A DNA stretch of 31,605 bases, taken from IMG/VR virus record IMGVR_UViG_3300044674_003242, positions 1 to 31,605 of that record; one strand, given 5' to 3'. Made by a program: the position numbers and the translations under genes. Numbering within the stretch: position 1 is the stretch's first letter; each line of letters starts with the position of its first letter. This document shows positions 1 through 8,152 of this stretch, piece by piece. This DNA comes from a virus (lineage: Duplodnaviria > Caudoviricetes). The notes under the pieces were generated by a model. The model was given only the letters and a program-made list of their open reading frames with translations. It searched no databases and was not told the origin of the DNA.

Positions 1-892
1 CTACCGGCTTCGGCGGCTGGTGGGTCGCCTGCAGCCACCGCCACGGCAGGAGACGCCCACAGAAGCGATAGGCGCGGAAGTTGATTCTCGCGATCTCCCA
101 CTCCTCGCCACCGGGCAGCGCCGGCAGAAAGTACAAGCGGCTCGGGTTCTTGCACGCCGGATCGATGATGGCGCCCCACTCGGCCGCCCACCGTTCCGCG
201 CACCGCCAGACCTCGAGCCATTGATCCCGCGGGCAGTCCTCGGACAAGGGGAACACCACCCGCGCCTTGTGGTGCTCCGGGGTGTGGCTCCATGTCGTGT
301 GTAGCACCGCCTCGAGGCCCAGCGCCCGCACGGCCGCCGCGACGGTGTGCAACTGCGCGCCTTCGTCCAGGTCGAGCACGATGCACGACACGCCCGCGAC
401 GTGTACGTCTTTGCGCACCATCGGCGCGCCCTCGTCCATCCGCACGGGCAGCCACGCCGGCGCCCGCACCTTCTCACCCTCCCACTTCGTCGGCTCCATC
501 AGCCGGGCGGCCAGCTTCGGCCAGTCCAGATCCCGCACCGCGGCGATCTCGGAGCCGATGGCGCCCCGCACGAAAGCCGCCGCGATGGTGCGCCCCTTGA
601 CAGCACGCCGAACCGGATCGCGGTCCTCGGCGGCCACCGCTTCGGCCCGCTCTGCCAGGTAGTGCTCGGCGAGCTCGCCGCACGCGCTCACCCACTCGGG
701 CGTGTCGATGTGCTCGAGCACCACGGCGGCCCGCCCGTCATGCGCCATCATCCCCGCGGATTCGTGCGCCCGCGCCAGCACTGCGGCCACGTCCTCGCCC
801 GCCTCGGCGGCGCGCACCGCCTCGAGGATGAACCCTGCGAGACAGTCCACCGGCTCCCGGCTCCGGTAGCGTGCGACAGCTCCCGCGCTCAC
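1..892 (-). CDS. AEP-superfamily primase/primase-polymerase, N-terminal part (runs off window edge)
   Basis: Hand translation from GTG 892 (GTGA overlap with HNH stop), open to position 2: SCIVLDLDEG, LHTTWSHTPEHHKARVVFPL, IDPACKNPSRLYFLP match AEP motifs (hhhDhD; SH..K.Rhh; D). Absent from the ORF track because there is no stop in the window. Confidence 0.8.
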   Translation of the reverse strand, partial: MSAGAVARYRSREPVDCLAGFILEAVRAAEAGEDVAAVLARAHESAGMMAHDGRAAVVLEHIDTPEWVSACGELAEHYLAERAEAVAAEDRDPVRRAVKGRTIAAAFVRGAIGSEIAAVRDLDWPKLAARLMEPTKWEGEKVRAPAWLPVRMDEGAPMVRKDVHVAGVSCIVLDLDEGAQLHTVAAAVRALGLEAVLHTTWSHTPEHHKARVVFPLSEDCPRDQWLEVWRCAERWAAEWGAIIDPACKNPSRLYFLPALPGGEEWEIARINFRAYRFCGRLLPWRWLQATHQPPKPV

Positions 893-1305
893 TTCGCCCC
901 CTTCGCGGCGCGTTCACGGATGAGGGTCTGAATGACCGCATCACGCTCGCGCCTCAACTGCATAGCGGCGGATCTTGCATCAATGAGGTCGGCCGACAGC
1001 TTCGCGATCTCACGGCGCAGGTCGCGCATGACGTTTCCTCCTGCTGGGTCGTGGCTAAGCCCGAACCGCCCCATGACCCGAAACCTGGACACCAGCCACA
1101 CCCGGAGCGGGGTCGCACCCTTCGCCTCGTTGCATGGCCCACAGGCAGGGGCCAGGTTCGCAAGCTCATTGCTGCCCCCTTTCGCAAGCGGGATCATGTG
1201 GTCCACATGCCACCCGTTTTCAAGTGGCTCGCCGCAATAGACGCACCGCCCGCCCGTTTTCTGGTGTAGCCCCAGCCGGTAGGCTGCTGTCGATCTCCGC
1301 CTCAT
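889..1305 (-). CDS. HNH endonuclease with C-terminal coiled-coil tail
   Basis: GRCVYCG...WHVDHMIPLAKGGSNELANLAPACGPCNEAKG is a canonical zinc-binding HNH motif; ATGA overlap with helicase stop. Confidence 0.92.
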   Translation of the reverse strand: MRRRSTAAYRLGLHQKTGGRCVYCGEPLENGWHVDHMIPLAKGGSNELANLAPACGPCNEAKGATPLRVWLVSRFRVMGRFGLSHDPAGGNVMRDLRREIAKLSADLIDARSAAMQLRRERDAVIQTLIRERAAKGAK

Positions 1306-2858
1306 GTCGCCCCCTTCGGCGCAGCTTTGCGCCCACCTCGACCCGCCGCCAGCGCGGTGTCATGTTCCGGGGCAGGCACCGACACGGCGCCGGCGTCCCA
1401 CTGCACTTGATTCGGGTACTTCTTCGTCCGCTCCATGATCGGCCTCGCCCATCGCGCACCACCATAGAGCACGTCGAGCAGGTCGGCGGCTTGTCCCTTC
1501 GTCAGTGCGTAGGGCACCGAGGCCAACGTCTTCAGCGGCTCGCGGTGCGCCTCGGGTACGTGCCTGGTCAGCTTCTTCGCCCGCTTGATCGCCTGCACTT
1601 GCTTTTCGGAGGCATCAGCCAGCCGCCAGCCACCGCCCGACACGTCCGAGGCATCGACCACCCCAGCGTCGAGCAGGTCGGCACGCACGCGCTCCAGGTA
1701 CTCGAGCAGCACATCCAGCGCGACGGCCTCGGCCTCGGTCGGCTCCCGGCGCCCGCGCTTGCGTGGCCCGTCCTCGGCTTCGGCTTCGGCCGCATCTTCG
1801 AGCGCTTGCCCGATCGCCTCGATCGTGACCAGCCCGTGCCGTCCGAGCAGGAGGTGAGGATCGAGCACCACGCCTTCAATCTTCGGCCCGTGCGTCGGGT
1901 CCGGCGTCGGGTCGATGCGCAGCACGCGCCCGACCTCCTGCAGAAACCGCACGCGCGCCGACACGTTGCGCCGCAGACAGAGCCACCGGAGCCAGGGCAG
2001 GTCCACCCCTTCGGCCAGCAGAGAGACATGCACCAGCGCCCGATACTGCCCCGCCCTCAGCCCCTCGAGGCGCGCCACGCGGTCGGCCTCGCTGTGCTTC
2101 GAGTGAATCGCCGCCGCCGGCCAGTCGCGCGCCGTCAGCCATTCGGCGTACTGCTCCGCATCAGCGATCGAGGTGGCCGACACGATCCCCGGCCCGCGGG
2201 CGTGTTCCTGCATCATGGCAAGGCACGTCTCGTCCACCGTCCCCGCCGGTTCGCCCTCGACCCGCTCATGGCGCATCGGCACCAGCACCCCGTCACGCTG
2301 CGCATCTGCCATCGTGTAGCGGTACGCCACCCGGTCGAAAAGTTCGATCGTCTCAGCCGGCGCGCTTCGGAACGGTGTAGCGGTGAAGCCCACCAGACAG
2401 ACCGGCGCCACCTGCGGGATCACGGTGCGCAGCGTCTCGCCCTGGGTGCCGTGCGCTTCGTCGCAGACCATCAGAGACACCGATCGCCCCCACTCTTTCA
2501 ACTGCTCATGCAGCCGGGGGAGGCTGGCATTGCACGCGACGATGACCGCGCGCTCCGCTTGCTTCTTGCGCCCGTAGAACACCCCGACCGCGTCAGCGCC
2601 GAGCCACGATCGCATCGTCTTCGCGAGCTGGCGCACCAGCGCTTGACGGGGCACCGTCACCACGATCGCCCGCGGCCCGCTCCCCTCGAGGGCGTTGGCG
2701 ACGAGCGCCGTCTGAAGAATGCTCTTCCCCGCGCCCATGACGGCCGACACGATTACCCGCTCCCGGCGGCGCATGGCGGCGATAATCTGCGGCAGCGCGT
2801 CGGCCTGCCACCGTCTCGGGGGGTACGGGCTCCCGGCCCACAGATCACGCCCACCCAT
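1302..2858 (-). CDS. Superfamily 2 DEAH-box helicase (ResIII-like)
   Basis: RRWQ Q-motif, AVMGAGKS Walker A, VCDEAH, GFTATP, LAEGVDLP, QEVGRVLR; start at ATG 2858 (TGATG overlap with MTase stop). Confidence 0.92.
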   Translation of the reverse strand: MGGRDLWAGSPYPPRRWQADALPQIIAAMRRRERVIVSAVMGAGKSILQTALVANALEGSGPRAIVVTVPRQALVRQLAKTMRSWLGADAVGVFYGRKKQAERAVIVACNASLPRLHEQLKEWGRSVSLMVCDEAHGTQGETLRTVIPQVAPVCLVGFTATPFRSAPAETIELFDRVAYRYTMADAQRDGVLVPMRHERVEGEPAGTVDETCLAMMQEHARGPGIVSATSIADAEQYAEWLTARDWPAAAIHSKHSEADRVARLEGLRAGQYRALVHVSLLAEGVDLPWLRWLCLRRNVSARVRFLQEVGRVLRIDPTPDPTHGPKIEGVVLDPHLLLGRHGLVTIEAIGQALEDAAEAEAEDGPRKRGRREPTEAEAVALDVLLEYLERVRADLLDAGVVDASDVSGGGWRLADASEKQVQAIKRAKKLTRHVPEAHREPLKTLASVPYALTKGQAADLLDVLYGGARWARPIMERTKKYPNQVQWDAGAVSVPAPEHDTALAAGRGGRKAAPKGAT

Positions 2859-3826
2859 CAGCGACCGCCGAACATCGACATCTGGTCGATCCCTTCTTCT
2901 TCCTTCAGGTTCCGCACTGCGTGAGCGAAGTAGCTGTCTTTCAGCTCGACGCCGACGTAGCGCAGCCCTCGCTTGAGCGCGCCGACACCCTCGGACCCCA
3001 CTCCCCCGAACGGCGACAGGCACACCTCGCCGGGGTTGGAGTACATCAGGCAGAGCCGGTCGATCACGTCGAGTTGGAGCGGGCACATGTGGCGCTCGTC
3101 GCGGCTGTCTCGCGCCTTTCTGGCGTTCAGCGTGTTGCTCTGGTCGATGTCGAACCACGCATGGTCGAGCGCCGCCAGCTTTCGGTCGTTGTCCGTCTCG
3201 TTCGTGTTCCAGATCGGCGACGCGATGCGCTGCCAGTCGTCCAGAGGGAACGTCTGCGGCGTGTGGGTGACAGGCACCACCATCGCGTCCTCGGCGGGCG
3301 TGGTGGGCGGACGCTTGAACAGCAGTATGTAGTCAGGGAAGCCCATCCGGTTGCGCGTCGAGTCCTCCTTGATGTTCTTGTAGAGCAGCCCGTGGCTCTT
3401 GGTCCGCTGCATCTCGCGAACGGGATCCTTCCAAATGGTGAATCGGCCGTGGTAGTGGAACCCCGCCGCGGTGTGCGCCCGGATGACCTCTCCCGAGAAG
3501 TCACGCATCCCGATGAATCCCTCCTTCGACTTGCGGGCGGGCAGGTCGGACACATGGACGGCGCAGATCCGACCGGGGCGGACTACCCGGAACATCTGCG
3601 CCAGCAGGTAGCCGTAGTGCTCGGCGAATGCGCCATCGCTCGGATTGTTGCCCATGTCGCGCTCGCTCTCACTGTAGATGAACAGGTCAGCGAACGGGGG
3701 AGAGTAGACAGAGAAGTCCACCGAGCAGTCGGGCATCTGGCCAACGACCTCGACGCAATCGCCGCGGTACATGGTCCAGTCGCGGCCGTGGGCGGAATCG
3801 AGGCACTTGATAGTCGGGTCGGTCAT
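2858..3826 (-). CDS. DNA amino-methyltransferase (N4-C/N6-A family, beta-class motif order)
   Basis: GDCVEV...SVDFSVYSPPF catalytic motif precedes HMCPLQL...SNPGEVCLSPFGGVGS...GVELK SAM-binding motif; ATG 3826 with GGAGAC RBS and ATGA overlap. Confidence 0.92.
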   Translation of the reverse strand: MTDPTIKCLDSAHGRDWTMYRGDCVEVVGQMPDCSVDFSVYSPPFADLFIYSESERDMGNNPSDGAFAEHYGYLLAQMFRVVRPGRICAVHVSDLPARKSKEGFIGMRDFSGEVIRAHTAAGFHYHGRFTIWKDPVREMQRTKSHGLLYKNIKEDSTRNRMGFPDYILLFKRPPTTPAEDAMVVPVTHTPQTFPLDDWQRIASPIWNTNETDNDRKLAALDHAWFDIDQSNTLNARKARDSRDERHMCPLQLDVIDRLCLMYSNPGEVCLSPFGGVGSEGVGALKRGLRYVGVELKDSYFAHAVRNLKEEEGIDQMSMFGGR

Positions 3827-5232
3827 TTCGTCTCCAGGGTGTAAAGCCACGCGGGGATCCGCGCGGAGTGGTGGGGGCGGTAGGGGTCGGATGCGTTGTG
3901 GCTCACCGCGGCATCCTTGGAGATGCGGAACATCATCTCCTTCATTCGTTCGTGGTCGGCAGCCTTCCTTCGGATTGCGTACCAGAGAGCCGTTTCAGTC
4001 TTCGCCATGACGACGTGCGCGTGAACCTCTCGCGTCTGGCCGAATCGCCATTGGCGCCGGATCGCCTGGTAGTACCCCTCGTAGGAGTATGACCCTCCGA
4101 CAAAGGCAGTCCGCGCGCTGTGTTGCCAGTTGAGTCCCATCCCGGCGATCTTGGGCTTCGTGACTACGATCCCGCCTTCATCCGAGAAGCGCAGCAGACC
4201 GGCGGCCTTCTGCTCTGGTGTCATGTTGCCGCGCACGTCGATGGCGCCAGGCAGGAGCGCCGTCACGGCGTCCTGGTCGTAGTTCGTGTCGCACCAGATC
4301 ACCCACGGCTCGTCAGGCTCCGACGCCACCAGCGCCGCGACCTTGCGCGCCCGGTCCTCGCACGTCCGCCGCTTCTCGGCGTGGATGGCCGTTGCGGACA
4401 TGTCGGGCACCCGGAACAGCATCCCATCCTCGCGCCCGCCGGTGAGGTCCACATCGACGTGATGCACGGTTTCAATGAGCTGGGGCAGGTTGTACCCATC
4501 ATCAGAGTAGTCGCCCATGTCGGACGGCTTGCCGATGCAACGCGCCCACGACACAACCCACCGCCAAAACGCCTTCTCAGCGTGCTTCTTGAGCCGCCAC
4601 GGTGCAAGGATATCCCCGAGATCGTTGATAAACCATCTCGCCTTCATGATGGCCTCATCCATGACGCCCAGGAACTCAGCGTGATTTCCCAGCTCGCCGT
4701 AGTCGTTTGGCGCGGGCGTCGCGGTGCACGCGAGGCGGTAGGGCGTCTGGCTGAACGCGGCGATGATCTTGTTACGGGTGCGCCCCTGCGCGTTCTTCAG
4801 GATGCTGCTCTCGTCCAGCACGACGCCGGAGAATGCGTCTGAGTCGAACCGGTGCAGCTTGTCATAGTTCGTGACGTTGACGCCGGGCATCACGTCGTCG
4901 GCGCACGCCACGACATGCACGCCGTCGATACCGAACTTGCCAGCCTCGCGGATTGTCTGCTCGGCGACCGCCAGCGGCGCGAGAAGCAGAACCGGGCGCC
5001 CGGTATGGCTGGCGACCTCACGCGCCCACGCAAGCTGCATGAACGTCTTACCGAGGCCGGTGTCGGCGAAGATGGCGGCGCGCCCGAGGGACAGCGCCCA
5101 CCTCACGGTATCGGCCTGGAATGGGAACAGGTTGTATGCGTCGAGAGTGGCGTTGAACCCAGCCTCGACCGTGTGCCGGCGCTTCGACGCGATGAATGCG
5201 TCGTAGTGGCCTCGCCCTCTTGATGCGGCCAT
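3823..5232 (-). CDS. SNF2-like helicase/ATPase
   Basis: LFPFQ, FADTGLGKT, VVLDESS, ACTATPAPND, GMGLNWQ, YQAIRRQWRFGQ; ATG 5232 preceded by GGAGAC and an A/C-rich leader. Confidence 0.9.
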   Translation of the reverse strand: MAASRGRGHYDAFIASKRRHTVEAGFNATLDAYNLFPFQADTVRWALSLGRAAIFADTGLGKTFMQLAWAREVASHTGRPVLLLAPLAVAEQTIREAGKFGIDGVHVVACADDVMPGVNVTNYDKLHRFDSDAFSGVVLDESSILKNAQGRTRNKIIAAFSQTPYRLACTATPAPNDYGELGNHAEFLGVMDEAIMKARWFINDLGDILAPWRLKKHAEKAFWRWVVSWARCIGKPSDMGDYSDDGYNLPQLIETVHHVDVDLTGGREDGMLFRVPDMSATAIHAEKRRTCEDRARKVAALVASEPDEPWVIWCDTNYDQDAVTALLPGAIDVRGNMTPEQKAAGLLRFSDEGGIVVTKPKIAGMGLNWQHSARTAFVGGSYSYEGYYQAIRRQWRFGQTREVHAHVVMAKTETALWYAIRRKAADHERMKEMMFRISKDAAVSHNASDPYRPHHSARIPAWLYTLETK

Positions 5233-5417
5233 GTCGTCTCCGTTGCTTGTCTGGTTGTTGTTGTTGTGTGCACCCACCACGCGCACGGCGGCGGGCGGCG
5301 AGTGCGACCGGCGCAGGTTCCGCGCCATCGACTCGGCCGCCTGGACCGGCAGAGGCCCGGTCATCGGCCCGCGCTCGAGCTGGTCGGGGTTGCTGCTCCA
5401 CTGGACGCGGGCGCGGG

Positions 5418-5606
5418 TCACGCTACGGCCCGCAACGCCCGCACCAGCCGATCGAAGGCGTCGGCCATCGTCTCGCCCGGCTGCATCTGCTCCTCGAGCC
5501 ATTCACGCACCCACGGCTCAACCCGAAGCGAAAGCCGCGCCGATCGCGTCGTGCCCCCCTTCGGCGGCCGCCCCGGTGCGCGCTTCGTGTCGTTGTCGGT
5601 TGTCAT
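5418..5606 (-). CDS. Small DNA-binding protein (GRP/AT-hook-like motif plus ribbon-helix-helix-like)
   Basis: KRAPGRPPKG then RLSLRVEPWVREWLEE...TMADAFDRLV; strong AGGAGG RBS. Confidence 0.65.
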   Translation of the reverse strand: MTTDNDTKRAPGRPPKGGTTRSARLSLRVEPWVREWLEEQMQPGETMADAFDRLVRALRAVA

Positions 5607-5669
5607 GCTGTCCTCCTACCGGCGAAGCCCCGACCGCCGAGGCGGTACGGGGCGGGTGGCCGTTGGGCG

Positions 5670-5903
5670 CTACTGCGTCAGGCGGTTGTAGAACCGCTCC
5701 ATCCGGGCCGCCTGAGTCGGCGACTCCCACCGGCCGCCTTCGTCCGCTTCGGCCCAAAGCTCATCGATCGCAGACGAGAGGGACATACCGATCTGGTCCT
5801 CGAAAGCGTCCACCTTCGCGCGGTTGAGGTTGTGAAAGGTGAACAGGGCGGCGACGCGGTTGTAATCGGACTTGGTGAGGGCGCGGGAGGTAAGGGTAGG
5901 CAT
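5670..5903 (-). CDS. Hypothetical protein, 77 aa
   Basis: GGAGAC RBS, protein-like composition, candidate promoter upstream. Confidence 0.7.
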   Translation of the reverse strand: MPTLTSRALTKSDYNRVAALFTFHNLNRAKVDAFEDQIGMSLSSAIDELWAEADEGGRWESPTQAARMERFYNRLTQ

Positions 5904-5956
5904 TGTGTCTCCGAGGGTGATTCGCCGGCGGGGTTACTCCCCCGCCCGACACAATA

Positions 5957-5985
5957 CATATAGGGCACCCGATACGTACTGGCAA
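5957..5985 (-). promoter_or_regulatory. Candidate sigma70-like promoter
   Basis: TTGCCA-17 bp-TATATG in an AT-richer intergenic patch upstream of 5903. Confidence 0.45.
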
Positions 5986-6025
5986 GGAATCGCCGCACAA
6001 AAGTCGAAGATTCCCCGCCAGCCGA

Positions 6026-6181
6026 TCACCCCAGCACCAGCGGCCACAGCACCCACCCGGCGAGGATGCCCACCAGCGCCGGTCCCACGAAGTCATACCA
6101 CCGGGTCGGGGGGACCACCCACTCGGGCGCGGTCTGGTCGGCGGCCCGCTGGTAGCGCTCGGCGGCGCGGCGGCTATCCAC
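6026..6181 (-). CDS. Small membrane protein, about 51 aa
   Basis: GGAGGT RBS before GTG 6181; C-terminal hydrophobic stretch FVGPALVGILAGWVLWPLVLG. Confidence 0.6.
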   Translation of the reverse strand: MDSRRAAERYQRAADQTAPEWVVPPTRWYDFVGPALVGILAGWVLWPLVLG

Positions 6182-6785
6182 CGGCCACCTCCGTCGCGCG
6201 CATGTCCTCGAGGGCGGTAGCGCCGGCATCCGACCACAGCCACGCGGCGACCTTCGCGGCCGCCTCACGCGACAGGCCAGACAGCGCGGGCTTCCCCTTT
6301 GCCTCGGCCCAAGCGTCGGCCTGTTCGATCGACACCTTCGCGCCGGCCAGCAGGTCGAGCAGCGGCGGCACCGGTGCGGCGGGCGGCTCGGCGGCGGCGA
6401 GCACACCCACGCGGTACGGCACGCGCTGGCCGCGCTTCACCGTCAAGGCGATCGTGGCCGGGCGGTCGAGGTGCGACAGCGCCCGGATCCGAATGCCCCC
6501 GACCTTCTTGCCGCCCCACTGCACATCGGGGTCGGTGTAGAGTTCGAGGCGGCGTCCCACCCACGCGCGGCCGTCGGCGCCCCACAGCGCCAGCAGCACG
6601 CGCCTCATGCTCTTGCACGGCTTGTATGCGCGGCCCTCGCCCTCGAGCGCGACGGCGATGGGCTGGTCGGCCTCACCCCGCGAGACGCCGGCGACAACGT
6701 AGGTACGCGAGCCCGCCAGCAGGTCGTCGGCGTTGAGCTGGTCGGAGCGGGGAACGATGGTATCGCTGAGATCTTCGATGGACAT
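6174..6785 (-). CDS. Conserved phage protein, probable ssDNA-binding/recombination partner of the exonuclease
   Basis: SDQLNADDL...YKPCKSMRRVL..WG.DG..WVGRRLELYTDPDV.WGG..VGGIRI resembles a recurrent phage family found beside exonucleases (recognised from memory); GAGGAGG RBS, ATG 6785. Confidence 0.6.
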   Translation of the reverse strand: MSIEDLSDTIVPRSDQLNADDLLAGSRTYVVAGVSRGEADQPIAVALEGEGRAYKPCKSMRRVLLALWGADGRAWVGRRLELYTDPDVQWGGKKVGGIRIRALSHLDRPATIALTVKRGQRVPYRVGVLAAAEPPAAPVPPLLDLLAGAKVSIEQADAWAEAKGKPALSGLSREAAAKVAAWLWSDAGATALEDMRATEVAGG

Positions 6786-6787
6786 GG

Positions 6788-7801
6788 TTAGTCCTCCTCG
6801 GGGTAGGTGAATGCGGCGCCGTCGATGTCGGGCAGCGCCCAGACCGGCAGTTGGAGCGTAGCAGCGTGCGGCACCTGGCCCGGCCACTCCTGCGCGGCCT
6901 CGCACTCGGCCAGCTCGCTCAAGAGGCGATCCCGCATCTGGCAGCCCGCCTCCATGGCGAGATCGTCCAGGTGGTAGACCGCGGCATCATGCGGCGCGCT
7001 CGACTCAACGGCGATGATGCAGCACTCCACCGGCAGCTTGTAGACCTGTTCCAAGCCGTGGGCGTAGTGCGCAAGCTGGCCGTGGTAGCCGAAGCGAGCA
7101 GCAGCGGCGCCGAACGACCGCGGGTCCACGTCTCGCGCGCTCTTGAGGTCCACCAGGATCACGCGGTCGGCGTAGGTGATCACCAGGTCGGCCCGCGCCT
7201 TCATGCGGCGCGCGTCCTTGCCCTCGCCCTCAGTCCAGTAGAGCGACACCTCGGCCATCCCATCGGCCGACAGCAGCGACAGGACGCGCGGGTGGTTGCG
7301 GGCGCCCTCGACCATGGCGGCCACGGTGTCGGCCTCGCCTTGGGTGAGCCACACGACACCGGGCGGCAGATCCTTGACGATATCCAGGTACTCGGCCTGC
7401 TCCGCACCCACCAGGATCACCGCACCGTCGGGCGCTGCATCCTTCGCCTCGGCCCAAGCCTTTCCGCGCCGCGCAGCCACGTCGGCGAAGAACACCGCGC
7501 GGTCGCCGTCGAGATTCGCCTGCACGGCGTCCCACACATGGCCGACGCGCGAACCGGGCCACACGCGGTACTCAGCGGCGTAGCGGTCGGGCTCGAGCAG
7601 CGCGCAGTGGAACGCCCGCCCGAGCGACAGGGCCGGCGTATCGGCCCGCGGGTTTTCGAGCGCGTGCTTGTAGTGGAGCGGTGACTTGTCGAGCACCTTG
7701 AGGCGGCTCCAGTTCAGCCCGTGGGCCGCCCGGTATTCCGCGTCGGGTTCCTGGCGCCGGTACGCGCCGTGGATGGGGTGAGTAGCGAGCGGGTCAAGCA
7801 T
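6788..7801 (-). CDS. RecE/exonuclease VIII-like PD-(D/E)XK nuclease
   Basis: EYRA...LNWSRLK...SPLHY...LGRAFHCALLEP, AEVSLYW, KARADL, LVDLKS, FGYHGQLAHY; ATG 7801 with GGAGAC RBS. Confidence 0.9.
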   Translation of the reverse strand: MLDPLATHPIHGAYRRQEPDAEYRAAHGLNWSRLKVLDKSPLHYKHALENPRADTPALSLGRAFHCALLEPDRYAAEYRVWPGSRVGHVWDAVQANLDGDRAVFFADVAARRGKAWAEAKDAAPDGAVILVGAEQAEYLDIVKDLPPGVVWLTQGEADTVAAMVEGARNHPRVLSLLSADGMAEVSLYWTEGEGKDARRMKARADLVITYADRVILVDLKSARDVDPRSFGAAAARFGYHGQLAHYAHGLEQVYKLPVECCIIAVESSAPHDAAVYHLDDLAMEAGCQMRDRLLSELAECEAAQEWPGQVPHAATLQLPVWALPDIDGAAFTYPEED

Positions 7802-7843
7802 GTCTGTCTCCGTTGTCGTGCGCCCTTCGTTGGCCGCCCCACA

Positions 7844-7872
7844 GTCATAGCGGCCCACAAATCGCATGTCAA
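7844..7872 (-). promoter_or_regulatory. Leftward sigma70-like promoter
   Basis: TTGACA (7872-7867)-17 bp-TATGAC (7849-7844) upstream of the exonuclease. Confidence 0.6.
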
Positions 7873-7876
7873 CCGC

Positions 7877-7905
7877 TTGACACCGAAACAGCGTCCCGAT
7901 ACTGT
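7877..7905 (+). promoter_or_regulatory. Rightward sigma70-like promoter
   Basis: TTGACA (7877-7882)-17 bp-TACTGT (7900-7905) upstream of ATG 7937. Confidence 0.7.
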
Positions 7906-7936
7906 CCGGGTGTCACCACACAAAGGACGACACCCC

Positions 7937-8152
7937 ATGGCGCGACCTTCCCCGATCCCTGTCCGAATGCCCAAGACACTAACGGATGATCTCGACTGGC
8001 TTCTCACAGCCATGGAGTCCGAGGACCACCCCGCCGCAGTCGGGGCCGGCGGCCACTGGGGGCGGGGCGCGTTGATGCGACTCTTGATCACGCGCGGGAT
8101 CGCCGCGGAGATGAAGGCGCGCGGCTACGCTCCCGGCCACGCAAGCAAGTGA
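7937..8152 (+). CDS. Ribbon-helix-helix-like DNA-binding protein, 71 aa
   Basis: PIPVRMPKTLTDDLDWL...GRGALMRLLITRGI strand-helix-helix pattern; AAAGGA RBS. Confidence 0.65.
   Translation: MARPSPIPVRMPKTLTDDLDWLLTAMESEDHPAAVGAGGHWGRGALMRLLITRGIAAEMKARGYAPGHASK

Noticed and set aside
1-477. 158-aa minus-strand ORF in the track
   Set aside because: Wrong frame; the AEP motifs are in the frame starting at 892
1134-2924. 596-aa plus-strand ORF, and similar long antisense ORFs (2921-3844, 12844-14199, 17997-19121, 28756-30021, 29438-30679)
   Set aside because: Shadow frames of motif-bearing minus-strand genes in high-GC DNA; Arg/Pro/Gly/His-rich with no recognisable motifs
5254-5265. (GTT)4 microsatellite as a phase-variation switch
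   Set aside because: Short triplet repeat that cannot shift frame; more simply an A/C-rich translation leader
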